From assembly GCA_030141605.1 (NCBI GenBank), contig JAQGDQ010000036.1, forward strand, positions 496,001-560,000: a stretch of 64,000 nt of DNA, in the 5' to 3' direction. Numbering within the stretch: the stretch's first letter is position 1; each line of letters opens with the position of its first letter. Made by a program: the position numbers and the translations under genes. Origin of the DNA: Tubiluchus corallicola (Eukaryota; Animalia; Priapulida). The notes beneath the pieces are model-generated. The model was given only the letters and a program-made list of their open reading frames with translations, had not been told where the DNA came from and did not search any database. Below, in pieces: positions 48,801 through 61,070 of the stretch.

Positions 48801-50566
48801 AGATAGGTTTAAGAGCAGTTGTTATAGCACACAGTTTCGACTTTGTGCAAAATACTTTGAATGGTTTCGCTGTGATGCTGTACTGTTGGTGTTGGTGCTG
48901 TAGGTGTCGTTATCGTTGTCATCATCATCATCATCATCGTCTTGAGTGTGGTGTAGTGTGGTCTGGGTGGTGGCGAGGTATTGATGGTGTGAAGTGGGTG
49001 ATGTGGTATGGATAATGTGGTAGGGTGGTAGTGTGGGTGGTGTTGATGTTGTGTGGTGGGTGTGGTGTCGTGGGTGGTGTGCTATGGCGTGGGTGATGTG
49101 ATTTTGCGGCATGGTGTGGGAGGTGTGGTGTGGTGTGGGTTGTGTTGTGAGTAGGGTAGTGGGTGGTTGTATGGATGTGTGATGTGGGGTGTGTTGTGAG
49201 TGGGGTGATGTGTGGTTGTATGGTGCCGTGTGGGTTGTTGTGAGTTTATGTGCAAAATTCTTTTTTGCGGGGTTTGGCTAGTAATATAATTACACTTGCA
49301 TGGAAGTGCTTTTTGTTATTGCATCATCAGGATAATTAATGACAAGCAAAAACAGCTGCACCCAATAAAACAATGCAGCTACCAGTTTTAAAAATCAAAT
49401 ATGTCTGTAAACTAAATGAGTACAATGAAAAAACAATTAAACAAAAATCAAAATATCCAATTTTCAAATATACAGTTGTAAATGGACAAATTGAAGTGAT
49501 AATTGCCTAGATTTAAAGTGCAAATTGCATGGCATGGAAGAGTAACAATAGTGATCACATTAATACTGAGGAAGAATTATATTATCAATAGTTTAATAAC
49601 CCACTTGCATGTGCTAATTACTAATTAAAGAACTATGCAAAATCTGAGAGTTAATATAACTTTAGAAAAAATACAACAGTACAAAATAATGACATTGACA
49701 GAAAAAAATGACAGTTCTGAAATTATTTATTAATCAACCTATATATTTCATTGCTCATTTGAAAAGTGTCCCAAAAGATATTTTCTTTACCTATAGCTAT
49801 AGTTCCCCACCAAGGTAAGCCAGTACTTATGTGTAACCAGTCGATGGCATGTTGAAGAATTCCTACAGGTGAGTATCCACCGAGACCAATCTCTCGTAAT
49901 GATTCTCCAGTTGTACTAGTGACAAAATCAGCTGCATCAGCGATCGCAGTATCCGAAGACACAGGAAGTGGAGGGGGCTCTGGTAACAGATCTGTGACCT
50001 AAATATTATAAACTATTCAAAAATTGGTAAAAATTTACAATATTAATATTAACTAAGCTAGCATAAGAAGCTGTTTATTCTGATGTTTATTGCTCAAACA
50101 CGACTTAATCAAGCTAACATCGAAAATGCACTATGCTCTGTGGGCTCTATACTTACCCCTTCTTGCAAAGCTGAAGCTTGTGAACTAATGCACCTGACGC
50201 CTACAACACTAAAACTGAAAACATTTTTCTGACTTTTTACAAACTTTGCTGTCGAAAGTGTTCCGGTATATGTGGACCTATGTCTTAGTAATTTGTGCAC
50301 AACACAATTTCCATGAAATGAACGATGATTTGGGATGACTTCACTCTGAAAAATAAGAAATGCATATAAAAAACAGGAACTTTATTACCCACAGAAGACT
50401 AAAAGAAGACATTTTACGGGAAAGACATAAAAAGGAAAGGTTTGAAATGATTATAACTACATGTAAGTGGGCCATAAAACATAAAATAACCAAGTTGTAG
50501 TAAGGTATCAAACTGTACACATCCCACTGAGGGGAACAGAGAAAGCAAAACGGAAAAAGAAAGAGG

Positions 50567-50659
<93 letters not shown>

Positions 50660-53600
50660 CACACAGTTTTTTGGTAAATTATGTAATACGTCAGTGAATC
50701 AGCAGTCACGAATTGAGAAAAACTAGAAAAAACAAAAACAACAACATCATAAAATAAAGGAGCAGGTTAGTTGAATATCTGAGCTGCTATTAACTCATTG
50801 TGCTGATGGTACTGCACTGAAGAATGAGTCGAGGGAGTGATGCACACCATTTTCATATTCCAAACAGTTATTTTGCTAAATACACTGTATAAGAAAATTG
50901 CACCAGATAATTTCGCTAGTTATTACATTGTTGGATCAAATTTTTGTTATTACATTACAATATGCGTAATATGCATAATACATACATAATATGCATTTTA
51001 ATGCATTATATATTTTAACGTTTAATGCGTTAAGTTTCAGGTTATCACATTATGTGGTTTGGTGGTTTTACATTACGCATTATGTATTTGGTAATTTTAT
51101 TATGTTATCAGCTATTTATTACATTGCGAATTAATTTCTTTTCTTATAACCTATGTTGAATTTTTTGGTGTTACATTATCTGGCATTTTTATATTATAAT
51201 CAATTCAGTTTATTGCTCTAATATGCAATTAACATTACAAACATTGGCAAGTACAAGATAAAAAAATAAATATGTATGTAAATTACAGATTATAGCTACA
51301 TTATATAGCTCACATTACTGCTAGTTAGTTATACTTAGTAGCTATTATAGTATAGATTGACTAGTACAATTATATTATTCATCAGAATTATTAACAATGT
51401 TGTGGTCCCATGATACTTGATAATAACATTTAATAACATTATTAGCAGATTACAAAATTTTAGATTACTATGGCCATTATTAGTAGTACACACACTGACT
51501 AGTTCAGTATACACTTGTTAAAGTTGACTGAGAGTTTGCTGTTATAGTCACATGACTGACAATAATAGCATATTGTACTTACTTTGCACAAAGGTCAATT
51601 ACAGAATTTGGTATCTAATCGAACTATGACATATATATGTATATATACAGATTTGACCAACCAGAGTGGGAAGAGACCTGAAACTGTAGAGTCAGTTCTC
51701 TTATTGCTCTGTAGGTTGGATAAGTAAATACGATGTGTAATTCATCTTCCATTGGGTTTTGCTTGCTGCTTTCATTGCTAGTACAGAGTATAACACAATT
51801 ACACACAATCCTTCATTTTCTGATTGGCTTGTGTACTGCCAATTTCAATTTAGACCTCGTGATCACACACCCTGAGTTTTGTTATGTTTCATCTATGTTG
51901 CTTACTGCATATTATTTCTAAGCATGGCTCTAAACTATAGCTGCTTTTTAAAGTTTCTATAAAACCTTAATTTATTCTTTCCATCCCTTTTCTGCCATCA
52001 TTGTATAAAGGTTTTTTTAAATCAATGGTGTCTTAAAAGTGTTTCCATTTATAATAGAAGTTGTGCGGCAACTATAAGTATCCTTGTAGGTGTTTAAATA
52101 TTGTGTTTCTTGGTTTCAAGGCGATTGTTATACCATATTTGAAAATCATTTTTGCAGCCTTTTGAAGGATAGGATATAGAGCTAGTTCAGTTTTGCAAAC
52201 TTTATTTAATGCAGAAGAACGGACACAGAGTATCAATTTTGCAAATTTGTTTTGAACATGCTCAAATGGGAACTGGTTCCATGTTTTTAATACCTGCTCA
52301 GTGTCTTCAATGCTGATTTCGTTTAATTTTGCTATGTAAACGTTTGACCAAATTTTGCATGCACTGGTATTTGTATTACTAGTGTCACTAGTATTACTAG
52401 ACATTCAAAATGATATATGGAAAGTTATAGTTGAATATGAAAAATTTTAACTTAAAAAGTGCTCTGATACACTCTGATTTCTCAGTGTGTTTGGTATAAG
52501 TCTCTACATGTGTAAAATACAGACCTAAGTATTTTACATTTTTCATTCATGAGTTTGAGTTGCATGAAAAAGAGTGACTGGAAGTGGGTTTTTGCCAAAT
52601 GCTACAACTTTTGTTTTTTTGTAATTGATTTCTTTGAAGCATAGCTTGCTAATTCGCTAATCAAGTTTTGCCATACAGTAAACTCCGTGTAACTCAAAAT
52701 CGCATAATTCAAAGAAATTCAGTGGTAACGATGAAATCCTTTGTTTCCCACAAAAATCAACATTTAGCTCAAAATATATAACAAAAAAATTTCGCCTAAC
52801 TCAAATAAATAATTATGGTCGATTTTATAAAAATACATGCAATTTACTGTGCTAATATGTAGTAACGCTCTCCTGGGGAGGATCTTTTCCCGAAGGTTTC
52901 ACTCAGCGATGTAAAAACAATCACTCTATTGTCATTGTCTGTTCGAATTCACTGTCTCTGTCTAACACTTACTATTGTCTTAGCCTGAAAGTCAATGATG
53001 TCGAAAAGGAAACAAACTGAAAGTTCGTTTGACGAGAAGTTTGCCATCATCAATTATTGCGATGACCACCAATCAATGAAAAAGAAAGATATCGCTGTGC
53101 ACTTCCAAATCAATCAGGGTACATTGTGCGGAATACTGAACAGAGAGAAGATTATCAGATCGTTTAACAGTGTTATGTACGTGTCCTGGAAGCTTTATTG
53201 TACTTATTATTAGAGCTTATTAACTGTTATAAAGTCATTAGTTGTAGTTCTATTTTGCGTAGTGACAATTTTTTTCTGGACCATTACATGATTTACGTGG
53301 ACACAATTCTAAATTATTTGTACAATACTCTTGCACTGCTATCAGAGCTCATTTCTTCTCTTCTCATGTTGTGGGCCCTTGGAATTCACTTAATAGTGAA
53401 ACAGTTGACGCATCAAATCTGTCGCAATTTCACAAATTGTTGATGAGAGACCGTCAATAACCGGGTTATGGTTAGGTCTCTTAGACTCCGCAAGTGATTT
53501 AAATGTTTTTCTACATTTTTTAAAATTATTCTACAAATTTGTGATCCTATTCCAAACAGACCAAAGTCATCCAGTTTTTGAAATAAGGTTTTGTTGTCTA

Positions 53601-53916
53601 GACTATCAAACGCCGTTTGGAAATCAACGAAGCAGTCATATTGCCTTACTGGTAAGTCCCTCGCTAACTTTTTGCTTCCTGAATAAGGGCCCAAAACGGA
53701 ACACCGGCGATAAGTGAGGGAACACTGTACACGTCAGTTGCAACAAGCTCCAACATAAAAAATACTAAATTTATGTTTCAACTTTCAAAATGTAATAAAT
53801 TAAAAAAAAGGCAAACGAAAACGCGATACATATACCTTCAAGTTTAGAACTATCCTAAAGCTTCTAAAATCATATTTTCTGAACTGCTTGACATTCTTCA
53901 CGCAGAACGTTGCCAT
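42864..53916 (-). CDS. OXA1L: Mitochondrial inner membrane insertase OXA1L (YidC/Oxa1 family), 431 aa, 9 coding exons
   Basis: Minus-strand exons: 53916-53836, 50345-50157, 49998-49791, 48115-47972, 47618-47533, 47382-47218, 46111-46007, 45433-45268, 43015-42864. They total 1296 nt, all GT-AG, with consistent phases. Motifs: GLGGYSPVG...[68 protein letters not shown] and AVLCYWVTSN, plus a basic presequence-like N-terminus. Confidence 0.96.
48880..49245. repeat. Degenerate GT-rich (GTG/TGG) low-complexity tract with a short (CAT)n run, in an OXA1L intron
   Basis: Read directly; generates the His/Thr-rich spurious ORF 48822-49112. Confidence 0.85.
50569..50656. repeat. (GA)44 microsatellite
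   Basis: Perfect dinucleotide run in OXA1L intron 1. Confidence 0.97.
50915..51260. repeat. Degenerate minisatellite of TTATTACATTA-like units (probably a transposon subterminal array)
   Basis: Variants of TTATTACATT recur at about 50920, 50948, 51042, 51067, 51116, 51170 and 51230. Confidence 0.5.
51620..52350 (-). mobile_element. Decayed LINE ORF2 C-terminal fragment (RTE-X/L2-like) in OXA1L intron 1
   Basis: Minus-strand peptides FEHVQNKFAKLILCVRSSALNKVCKTELALYPI (compare ExVHxKFCKxILGVxxxTxNxAVxxELGRYPL) and CNCVILC...MEDELHIVFTYPTYRAIR (compare CxxC...EDExHFLLxCxxYxxxR). Confidence 0.7.
52674..53200 (+). mobile_element. pogo/Tigger-like DNA transposon 5' remnant with a CENP-B/Psq-type HTH
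   Basis: TA|CAGTAAACTCCGTGTAACTCAAAA (52674-52699) resembles a Tigger TIR with a TA target site. ORF 52995-53213 (KRKQTESSFDEKFAIINYCDDHQSMKKKDIAVHFQINQGTLCGILNREKII) matches the N-terminal HTH of pogo/CENP-B transposases; truncated. Confidence 0.75.
53413..53660 (-). mobile_element. LINE reverse transcriptase fragment
   Basis: YDCFVDFQTAFDSLDNKTLFQKL matches the non-LTR RT motif FVDFxKAFDSV...LxxKL. Confidence 0.7.
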
Positions 53917-54901
53917 GCTTGCCTACACCACCTGGCCTGAATGTTTTGTTGGAGTAGACGCACCACAGAGTCTGGTACGTCCTCACAGTATTTCACCAGC
54001 TTTGACAGAGCACTGCTGTGCACAAAAGGTTGAGTGACTGCTGAGTGACTGGATACTGGGCAGTGGGCTGGTATTCTTTCAGATTTCTACATTATAATTG
54101 TCGATTATAATTTAGGTAATTAAGTAAATTTATAAAATATTTTAGTTGAATGAATTAATAAAAAAATACAAATTATTGAGTTTTGAACTAATAACTAATT
54201 ATAATCGCGGAAGGGAGCTTTACACACGTGGTTAACCACGCATACTCAGTACATATCACCACATCTCCCCTTTAAAAGTTATATAGCACATAGTAATTGC
54301 TGACTATATAATTAAGCAACTTATGCATTTGTGAACTGTAAGAAACAGCTACAAAGTGTGACTTCAACACTAAGAAAATAATGCACTGAAACCATAGTGA
54401 ATAAATGCACATTATGCATTTTGAATATCATCAATCTTGTACATTCCTTCAGCTTTCTGGTTTCCACAAGTCCATATGTTCACAGGTTCAACTTTGAAGC
54501 TGGCTTTGGTACTCAACTGGACGATATTTTCACAGGTCTTGCACAGTAATGTAGCGGTATTTCTATGGTCTTTTACTTATAAAAACTAACCCCAGTTCCC
54601 AGTTTTCTGGCACCTAAGGAAACTACAGTAGGCGCCGTTTATTAGACTCACGATTAATAGACTCAGTCGCTCACGTGACTCAAAGCTACCTGGAACACGC
54701 CGCTCCTGTTCAAATGTATATAAAAACTGTCGGTAACTGATTCAAATAACTCTGCATAACTGACTCAATATTTTCACTTCATGTACTTAAAGTAAGATAC
54801 TTGTGTGTGCCCAAAGAGCTTTCGCTGCTTTTGTGTCATCTTTACGTCGTTCTTGTGTGCGTAGAAACAGTCACGTTCAGTGCAGGTTTGTTTGTAAGCA
54901 G
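53917..54901. promoter_or_regulatory. Probable divergent promoter region of OXA1L (-) and TRPC4AP (+)
   Basis: It lies immediately upstream of the OXA1L ATG, with CpG-richer patches at 53920-54070 and 54620-54900 and a candidate + strand donor CAG|GTAATA at 54902. Assigning that donor to TRPC4AP is inference. Confidence 0.4.
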
Positions 54902-55429
54902 GTAATATGTTAGCATAGCTGTTTTGCTTTGAATCTGTCACTCACTTATGCGCTGCAATTAACCTCGTTGTTTCCGAAAGCTAAACATTTAATCACTTGC
55001 CCAGGGGTTTTGAAGTTCTTGCTGCTTTTCACAAGGTCATCACCAGCTGCAGCTCAAGCACTAGGTGATTTCGGATGAATATGTGCAGTATATATATACA
55101 GTAACAGATTTTCAATGTTTTTATTACTATGAGAATTTCATAAACCTTCTTCGTGAAGAAATGAAGCACCGACCTTGCATAAATTCTTGTAATTTTTAAT
55201 GGTAATAATCAGATTTTTGAGATTTTTTTAATTCACTTATATAAATTATACTTTTTAAATAATTGCACATGGATATTTTTGACAATAATTCGTTTCTATT
55301 TTTCCCTGGTAAAGAACCCACTGCCAGTTCTTAGTTGCCCACGCATGCAGAGTTTTTAGAAAAGGAACTAGTATACCAGTTCGCACCAACTCCTTTGTAC
55401 CAAGAGGAGTTGTTTTGGAGCTCATTTGA

Positions 55430-57222
55430 ATTCCCCTTCACTCCACTTTTCTGTCCAATAATCTATAGTACTTTATTAATTACAGCAATTACCATACCTT
55501 GCCAATTACAGCAATCTGAATAAAGACATTAAACAAATGGTGCAAGTCAGAAGTAGAAGTTCTGTGCTTTTATTAAGAACAGGTTTGGGATTGGAACAGA
55601 AGGTAAAACATGTAATTGTGGGCTTTTTCTATGAAGATGAAATTGCAGCAGCTAATGATCTTTTGTATTCCTGCGTAGATTTGCCAGTGTCTATGCTTGA
55701 ACTTCCTAAACAGCTGAGAAAAATCACAGGATGCCAAAGTGAAAATAAATCGTGATATGACGTAGACGATATTTTCAAGTTATGGTCATACATAGAAAAG
55801 CTTGGATAATAACGAGTTACCATTGTTCATCACAGCCAATGTGAATCTTGTACCAAAAACAGATTCTATATCAGCTAATATCAACGTGGTCACATACCAG
55901 CTAAACAAAAAGAAAACTCAAATTCCAGATTAAGCAGATGTTTTTCACACAACAAAACTAATCTGAAGCAATGCAAACATGCGTGAAGCCAAACGCAATG
56001 ACGGTTAATCTAATAAATGCAGACGTCTAATAAATGCAGACGCTTTGAGTGTGACGGCTGAAAATAGCGTGTTACAAGTACTAAAATCTTTTTCCGATGC
56101 AGGGAAAATGAATGATTCGCAAGAATGGAAACTGAGCTCGAAATTGGATCCAAGTAAATTACTCCTACTATCGGCAAATGCAGGCAAGAGAGTAACATCA
56201 GATGTGTTAAAACGAAAACAACTGAGAGGCAATAGGAAGTTTCCCAAACTGTTTACACGAAGACAACGTGGAAGAAGATCTCCGGCAACATCTACAAGAA
56301 AACGGAATTGAAATGAAAAATTGCTTGATGCTGAAGTCCAAAATCAAGGGATCAGTGTCAGCAAGAATACGGTGGAATATATATGGAACACAAGGAGAAA
56401 ATAATGGACCCAGAAACATGGCTGCAGCATGTGAGAATCAGGCGCTGATCTACAAGCCAAGGACAACAAGCAACCATGTGGACAACAGTCGTAAAGAAAG
56501 ACACGTGATGAAAAATACGTCAGGAAATTAAAGCGGGTCTAGTTTTTAAAAAATCACCTTTTAATATGTTAGATATTTTAACTTTTTGTATTTTAACATT
56601 AATGGTTTTCATATCAGTGAAATGTTTCTAAAGTCGCTTATACCAAAATATGTCGTGAATATGCTCTAAGAGCACTGGTTGTCAAGGGATAAGTTACATA
56701 AAAATTGTAATGTCGATAAGCCAATTTACCAACTATAACTTATGCTTCAGAAGTGTGATCAGTGAAAAGCAGAGACTTAGAAACTGTCAAAGTTGCATGG
56801 AACACTATTTACAGGAGAATGTTTAACCATAAAAGAAATGAGATCGTTAGGTTGCTTCAGTACTTCTGTAATACAATGCCACTGAACTATTTAATCGATT
56901 TAAGAGAACTTGCATTCTATAAAAGTCTTATGTCTCACCCATGTAGCTATATTGTTAGAGTCCTATTATGAAATTAATAAGTCAGGTTAATCCGTCCATA
57001 CGCAATATAAAACACCACTGAACTTGTCTTGTATTAATGTAAAACGTCTAGTAGAAAATGGATTTATAAGGACCTAAACATTAGAAACCTTCTATGAAAT
57101 AACATACTTGTATATATTGTAATTTATTTTAGTTGTAAATTTGATCGTATTGTAATTTTATTGTAACATTTGTATGATGTACTGTATCTTTGATGTGAAA
57201 TAAAGAGTTATTATTATTATTA
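55430..57222 (+). mobile_element. Internally deleted L2/Daphne-like LINE (ORF1 remnant, ORF2 C-terminus, 3' tail)
   Basis: ORF1-like peptides VIVGFFYEDEIAAANDLL...DVDDIF and EEDLRQHLQENGIEMKNCLMLKSK. ORF2-end peptide ITYASEV*...VAWNTIYRRMF...IDLRELAFYKSL. 3' end AATAAAGAG(TTA)n at 57199-57222. Many stops and frameshifts; the left boundary is approximate. Confidence 0.7.
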
Positions 57223-60200
57223 ATGTATGTGTTAATACTTGTTAAATATTAGCTTTCATTCCTTCTTGCAACATGATTTGCCAGTAACGTCATTAATTTT
57301 ATTCTTACCACTCCACATGTACAAAGCTCATTTATATCATTTTGTTTTACGTACAGTGCATGGACATTTTGCTCAATAGACATTTACAATGACTGTCTGT
57401 ATAACTCTTTATTTAAATGCATTTTCAAGTCATATTCATTAAGTCATTTTAGTTACTGTGGTATGTCATTTTTTAAGAATATCATTCAATGAGTCATTTA
57501 TAATTATGTATTATAAAAAATTCTTGCTTTCAACATTCTTTTAGACAGCAGTCACTATTATGTTTTGTTAGGCCCCACTCTGTCTCTTTTATTATAATCC
57601 AGTATGCTCTGTGGTGATGGTGGGGTTGGATGATGTTCGGTGAATATGGATCTTGCAATGCACTCAGTTCATTCAATCTGTTAAGCAAGCTCACACAGCT
57701 GCAACATTGATGGGTCCCATTTTATGCCACATATTGACTGTACCATAACGGGCTAGGGAAATAAACCTGAACTAAATCGAACAAAGTCCCAATGAAACTT
57801 GATGTTTTGCGGAAATTTGTTACAATGAGTCAATGACTTTCTGGGATTTTGTATTGGTGTTCGTATTTAATTTCTAATTTTCGAACGTGAAGCGCTGTAA
57901 GTTTTCTGTCTTTCATTGATGCAAACCCCTAATTAATGTGTGTAATTAGGGTTATAATAATAAAATTCGTAGTAATTTTATAGTAAATTCGTAGTAACTT
58001 AGCTGGCCGTAATACACTAGGCTTGAAGTTATTCAGTGAAGAAGCTTTAAAGTTTAAGTTTAACAATAACAATTATATAAGCAGGAGTAAATTCCACTGT
58101 AAGGTTAACTATGCCGTTTTTGATATGCAAAGTCACAGTATTGGGCCTAGGGTGGCAAAGAAGCCTACCAGACCTGCCTTTTTCATTTTGAATCTTAAAC
58201 ATGCTCACTTTAACAAATGTATATTAATTATTATTAACATCTGTAAACACTGCATAATAATTAAATATGTCTGTATTACTAATCTCATCATTTAATCACA
58301 TTTATTGACTGATTAAATTAATTTTCTTTTGAGTAATTTTTGTTCTTTCTTAAAAGCATGTTTGTGAAAGTATGTTTTCAGAAATGTATCATGTCAAACT
58401 GCATGACTGTTTGTCATTCATGGAATGGTCTAAATTACTTTCAGAGCCACCTATTTTCACAATGCTCAGTAAGCAAAGTACTAGTTATTTCAGGACCATT
58501 GCCACACCAGTTGCATTTGCTGTTATACTTAGGAGCACATAGCGCATTGGTGCCATTTCTTTCCTGTAGGGGTTGTATTGGGAAGCGATGGTATAGGATG
58601 TTCATAACAGACCCTTCAAAAAAACACTATAGAGAATTTCAAATGTTCATTCATCTTTTGCGATTGTAAAAACCTGACAAATCTTCACTCATCATTCTTG
58701 ATATTTTAATGTGGAAGTGAAAACAGTCTAGACAGCTGAATATGCAATTTCCCATCAACATTATACTTTTTTAAATAAATAGTTATTTTGTTTTCAGCAT
58801 TTTGTTCTAAGATTTCCATGTTAGAGCTTTAAAAATATGTAGTTATTTTGCTGAGTTTATAAAATAGTTGAGTTCTAAGTCAAAGCACAAATCTTAATTA
58901 TGTGATTTCTTGTAGGTGTAATTTTATACAAAAAATCTTAACATTGTCCATTCTCCTAGCTAGAGTTTAATCTTCATCTTGATTTTTGGCCTTTATTATC
59001 AAGTAACCTACATCATTTCCTATGTGACTTGGAAATGAATAATATCGCTAACCCGTCGCAATACCTAATGCTGCACTTACTGATGCAAAACACATTTGGT
59101 CATTTTTATGCTTGAGCTACTAATATTTTTTTTACTATATACTAGGGTCATGACAATAAATGTCATTAAAAGCGATTTAATGGACTAAAAAAATTAGAAT
59201 GCCATTATTTTTTGCTAATTTGTCTCAAGACATATTACAAAAAATAAATGGAAATCCAATAAGAGTTGTTTTCATGACATACTACGGTAGTGTTCATTGT
59301 TCTAATGAATTATACACCCTCCATTAACTTTTCCTATATTTTAGAAATTATTTTGTTTTATGATTTTACTATCATTGTGGAAAAAATATTATAATTATTT
59401 TATTATTACAATTATAAACATCACGCATGCATATATATATATATGTGCATACACTTTTGTAGTCCTTACAAACATTGCGATATGAAAATAGTGCTTGCTA
59501 TTGCATTGTGAGTAAGCATTTACTTATAGTTTGAGTCATGCCTATTTAGAGTAAAAGTGCATGTAACTTGCCATAAATCCTTCATGTTGATTGATTGTCT
59601 GTCACCTGAAAAACTTGAGCCCATCGAGACATCATGCATGCATCTGTGAGATTGCAGTTTAACTTAATTAATTACAGCCTGTGTAACTAAATAATGTAAT
59701 TGTAAACAAAATGTTGAGCATGGATCAAAACAACACTGACAGCATAGTTTCCAGAGGACTGATGACAAGTTGCTTTCAATGTTTGTATTTATATTTGATT
59801 TTGGTGTTTCATCACCAAACCACTACTCCTTGAATGCTGATGAGTGATAAGAAGCAAAAAAAAATAATACTGACAACAATACCTTTCATTAGCTGATCAC
59901 CAGCACATTAGTACAACTAACGAGTAACATTATCAGGACTGCGTTTTATGATTTGATATATTCGAACAAAGAGCAGTTGATGTGCCTGGAATTTTTTGCA
60001 TCTGGTCTTTCTCGCAAAATTCATAAGCATTTACAGCGCACATGCATTAATTTTGTGGTTTACTGCTGTTGTGCTTGCTAAATCATCTTAATTGAGAGAT
60101 TTGTCATATTTAACTCAAATAGACTGTTTATCGTGTAGTGAAAACATAGTCATATATTTATTTTTTATTTATACTGTCTGTGTACTATTCAAAATTAATA

Positions 60201-60299
60201 TGAAGGCGCTGTTTTCTATTTTCTTTGAATTGTCATAAATTAGCAACTTAATCATTTTTAATTAAAACACTGATTTTCTTTTAAATTTTCTTATTTCAG

Positions 60300-60341
60300 G
60301 TAACTGCAAAAAACCTTGAGTTGAGTTTTTTGCAGTGTGAG
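60300..60341 (+). other. Candidate 42-nt upstream micro-exon of TRPC4AP containing a 12-bp perfect hairpin
   Basis: Strong acceptor TTTTCTTATTTCAG (ending 60299) and donor GAG|GTAAGA (60342). The next strong acceptor, TTTTTTTTCAG, sits directly before the TRPC4AP ATG at 61071. Confidence 0.55.
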
Positions 60342-61070
60342 GTAAGAATTAATGTAAATTATAGGATCAAATTACATTGCTGTTCTTATAAGCTTAGGGC
60401 AGTGCAGAGTTGCATTTTTTTGCTCTGTACATTTTCAATGTAATGTAATGTACCGTACACTGCCAAAATGTGCCACACTAAACTGTATTTAACATAATGT
60501 TTTTCACCCTTCATGTGTTTTACACTATTGCACTTGTTTGCTATCTTTGATTAGGACGTTGACTGTACATAGGTTGAATGGTTGATATCACTGAACTTAG
60601 CTTAGTGTCAAAGAACTTTATCTTTAATAAGAACAAAAGATATAAATTAGCTTATGATCTAAGCTGAAAGAGGATAATGTGCAACACTTATCATAAACTT
60701 TTTAGCCTGTGCCCTGTGTTGTTCGGATGTTTTACTTCTTTGTAATGTATTTGTGATACTAAACCAATGAAATAATGTAGAATATACCAGTAAAATTTGT
60801 TTTTCATTTGTCATTGATACATTTGTATTTGAAACAACATATTTTCGTGCTGAATGTGATTAATTTTTTAGAAGCCAGTTAATAAGACTTTTAGAATTCA
60901 AATCTTGGCTAACAGTGGTGAGTGGCCAGTTTATACAAATGGCAAGAACAAGCATAATACATGTACATGTGGTGATCTAGTTTAGCTAAATTGAATGGGC
61001 TACAGTGACATAGTTCTATAATTAGAAGTAATCTGTAATGTCGAATTTTAAAGTGGTAATTTTTTTTCAG

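Noticed and set aside
48822-49112. His/Thr/Asp-rich 96-aa ORF
   Set aside because: Translation of a GT-rich low-complexity tract inside an OXA1L intron.
61038-61070. Upstream in-frame ATG extending TRPC4AP to 783 aa
   Set aside because: The extra 33 nt end in a polypyrimidine tract and CAG, so they are most likely the end of an intron.
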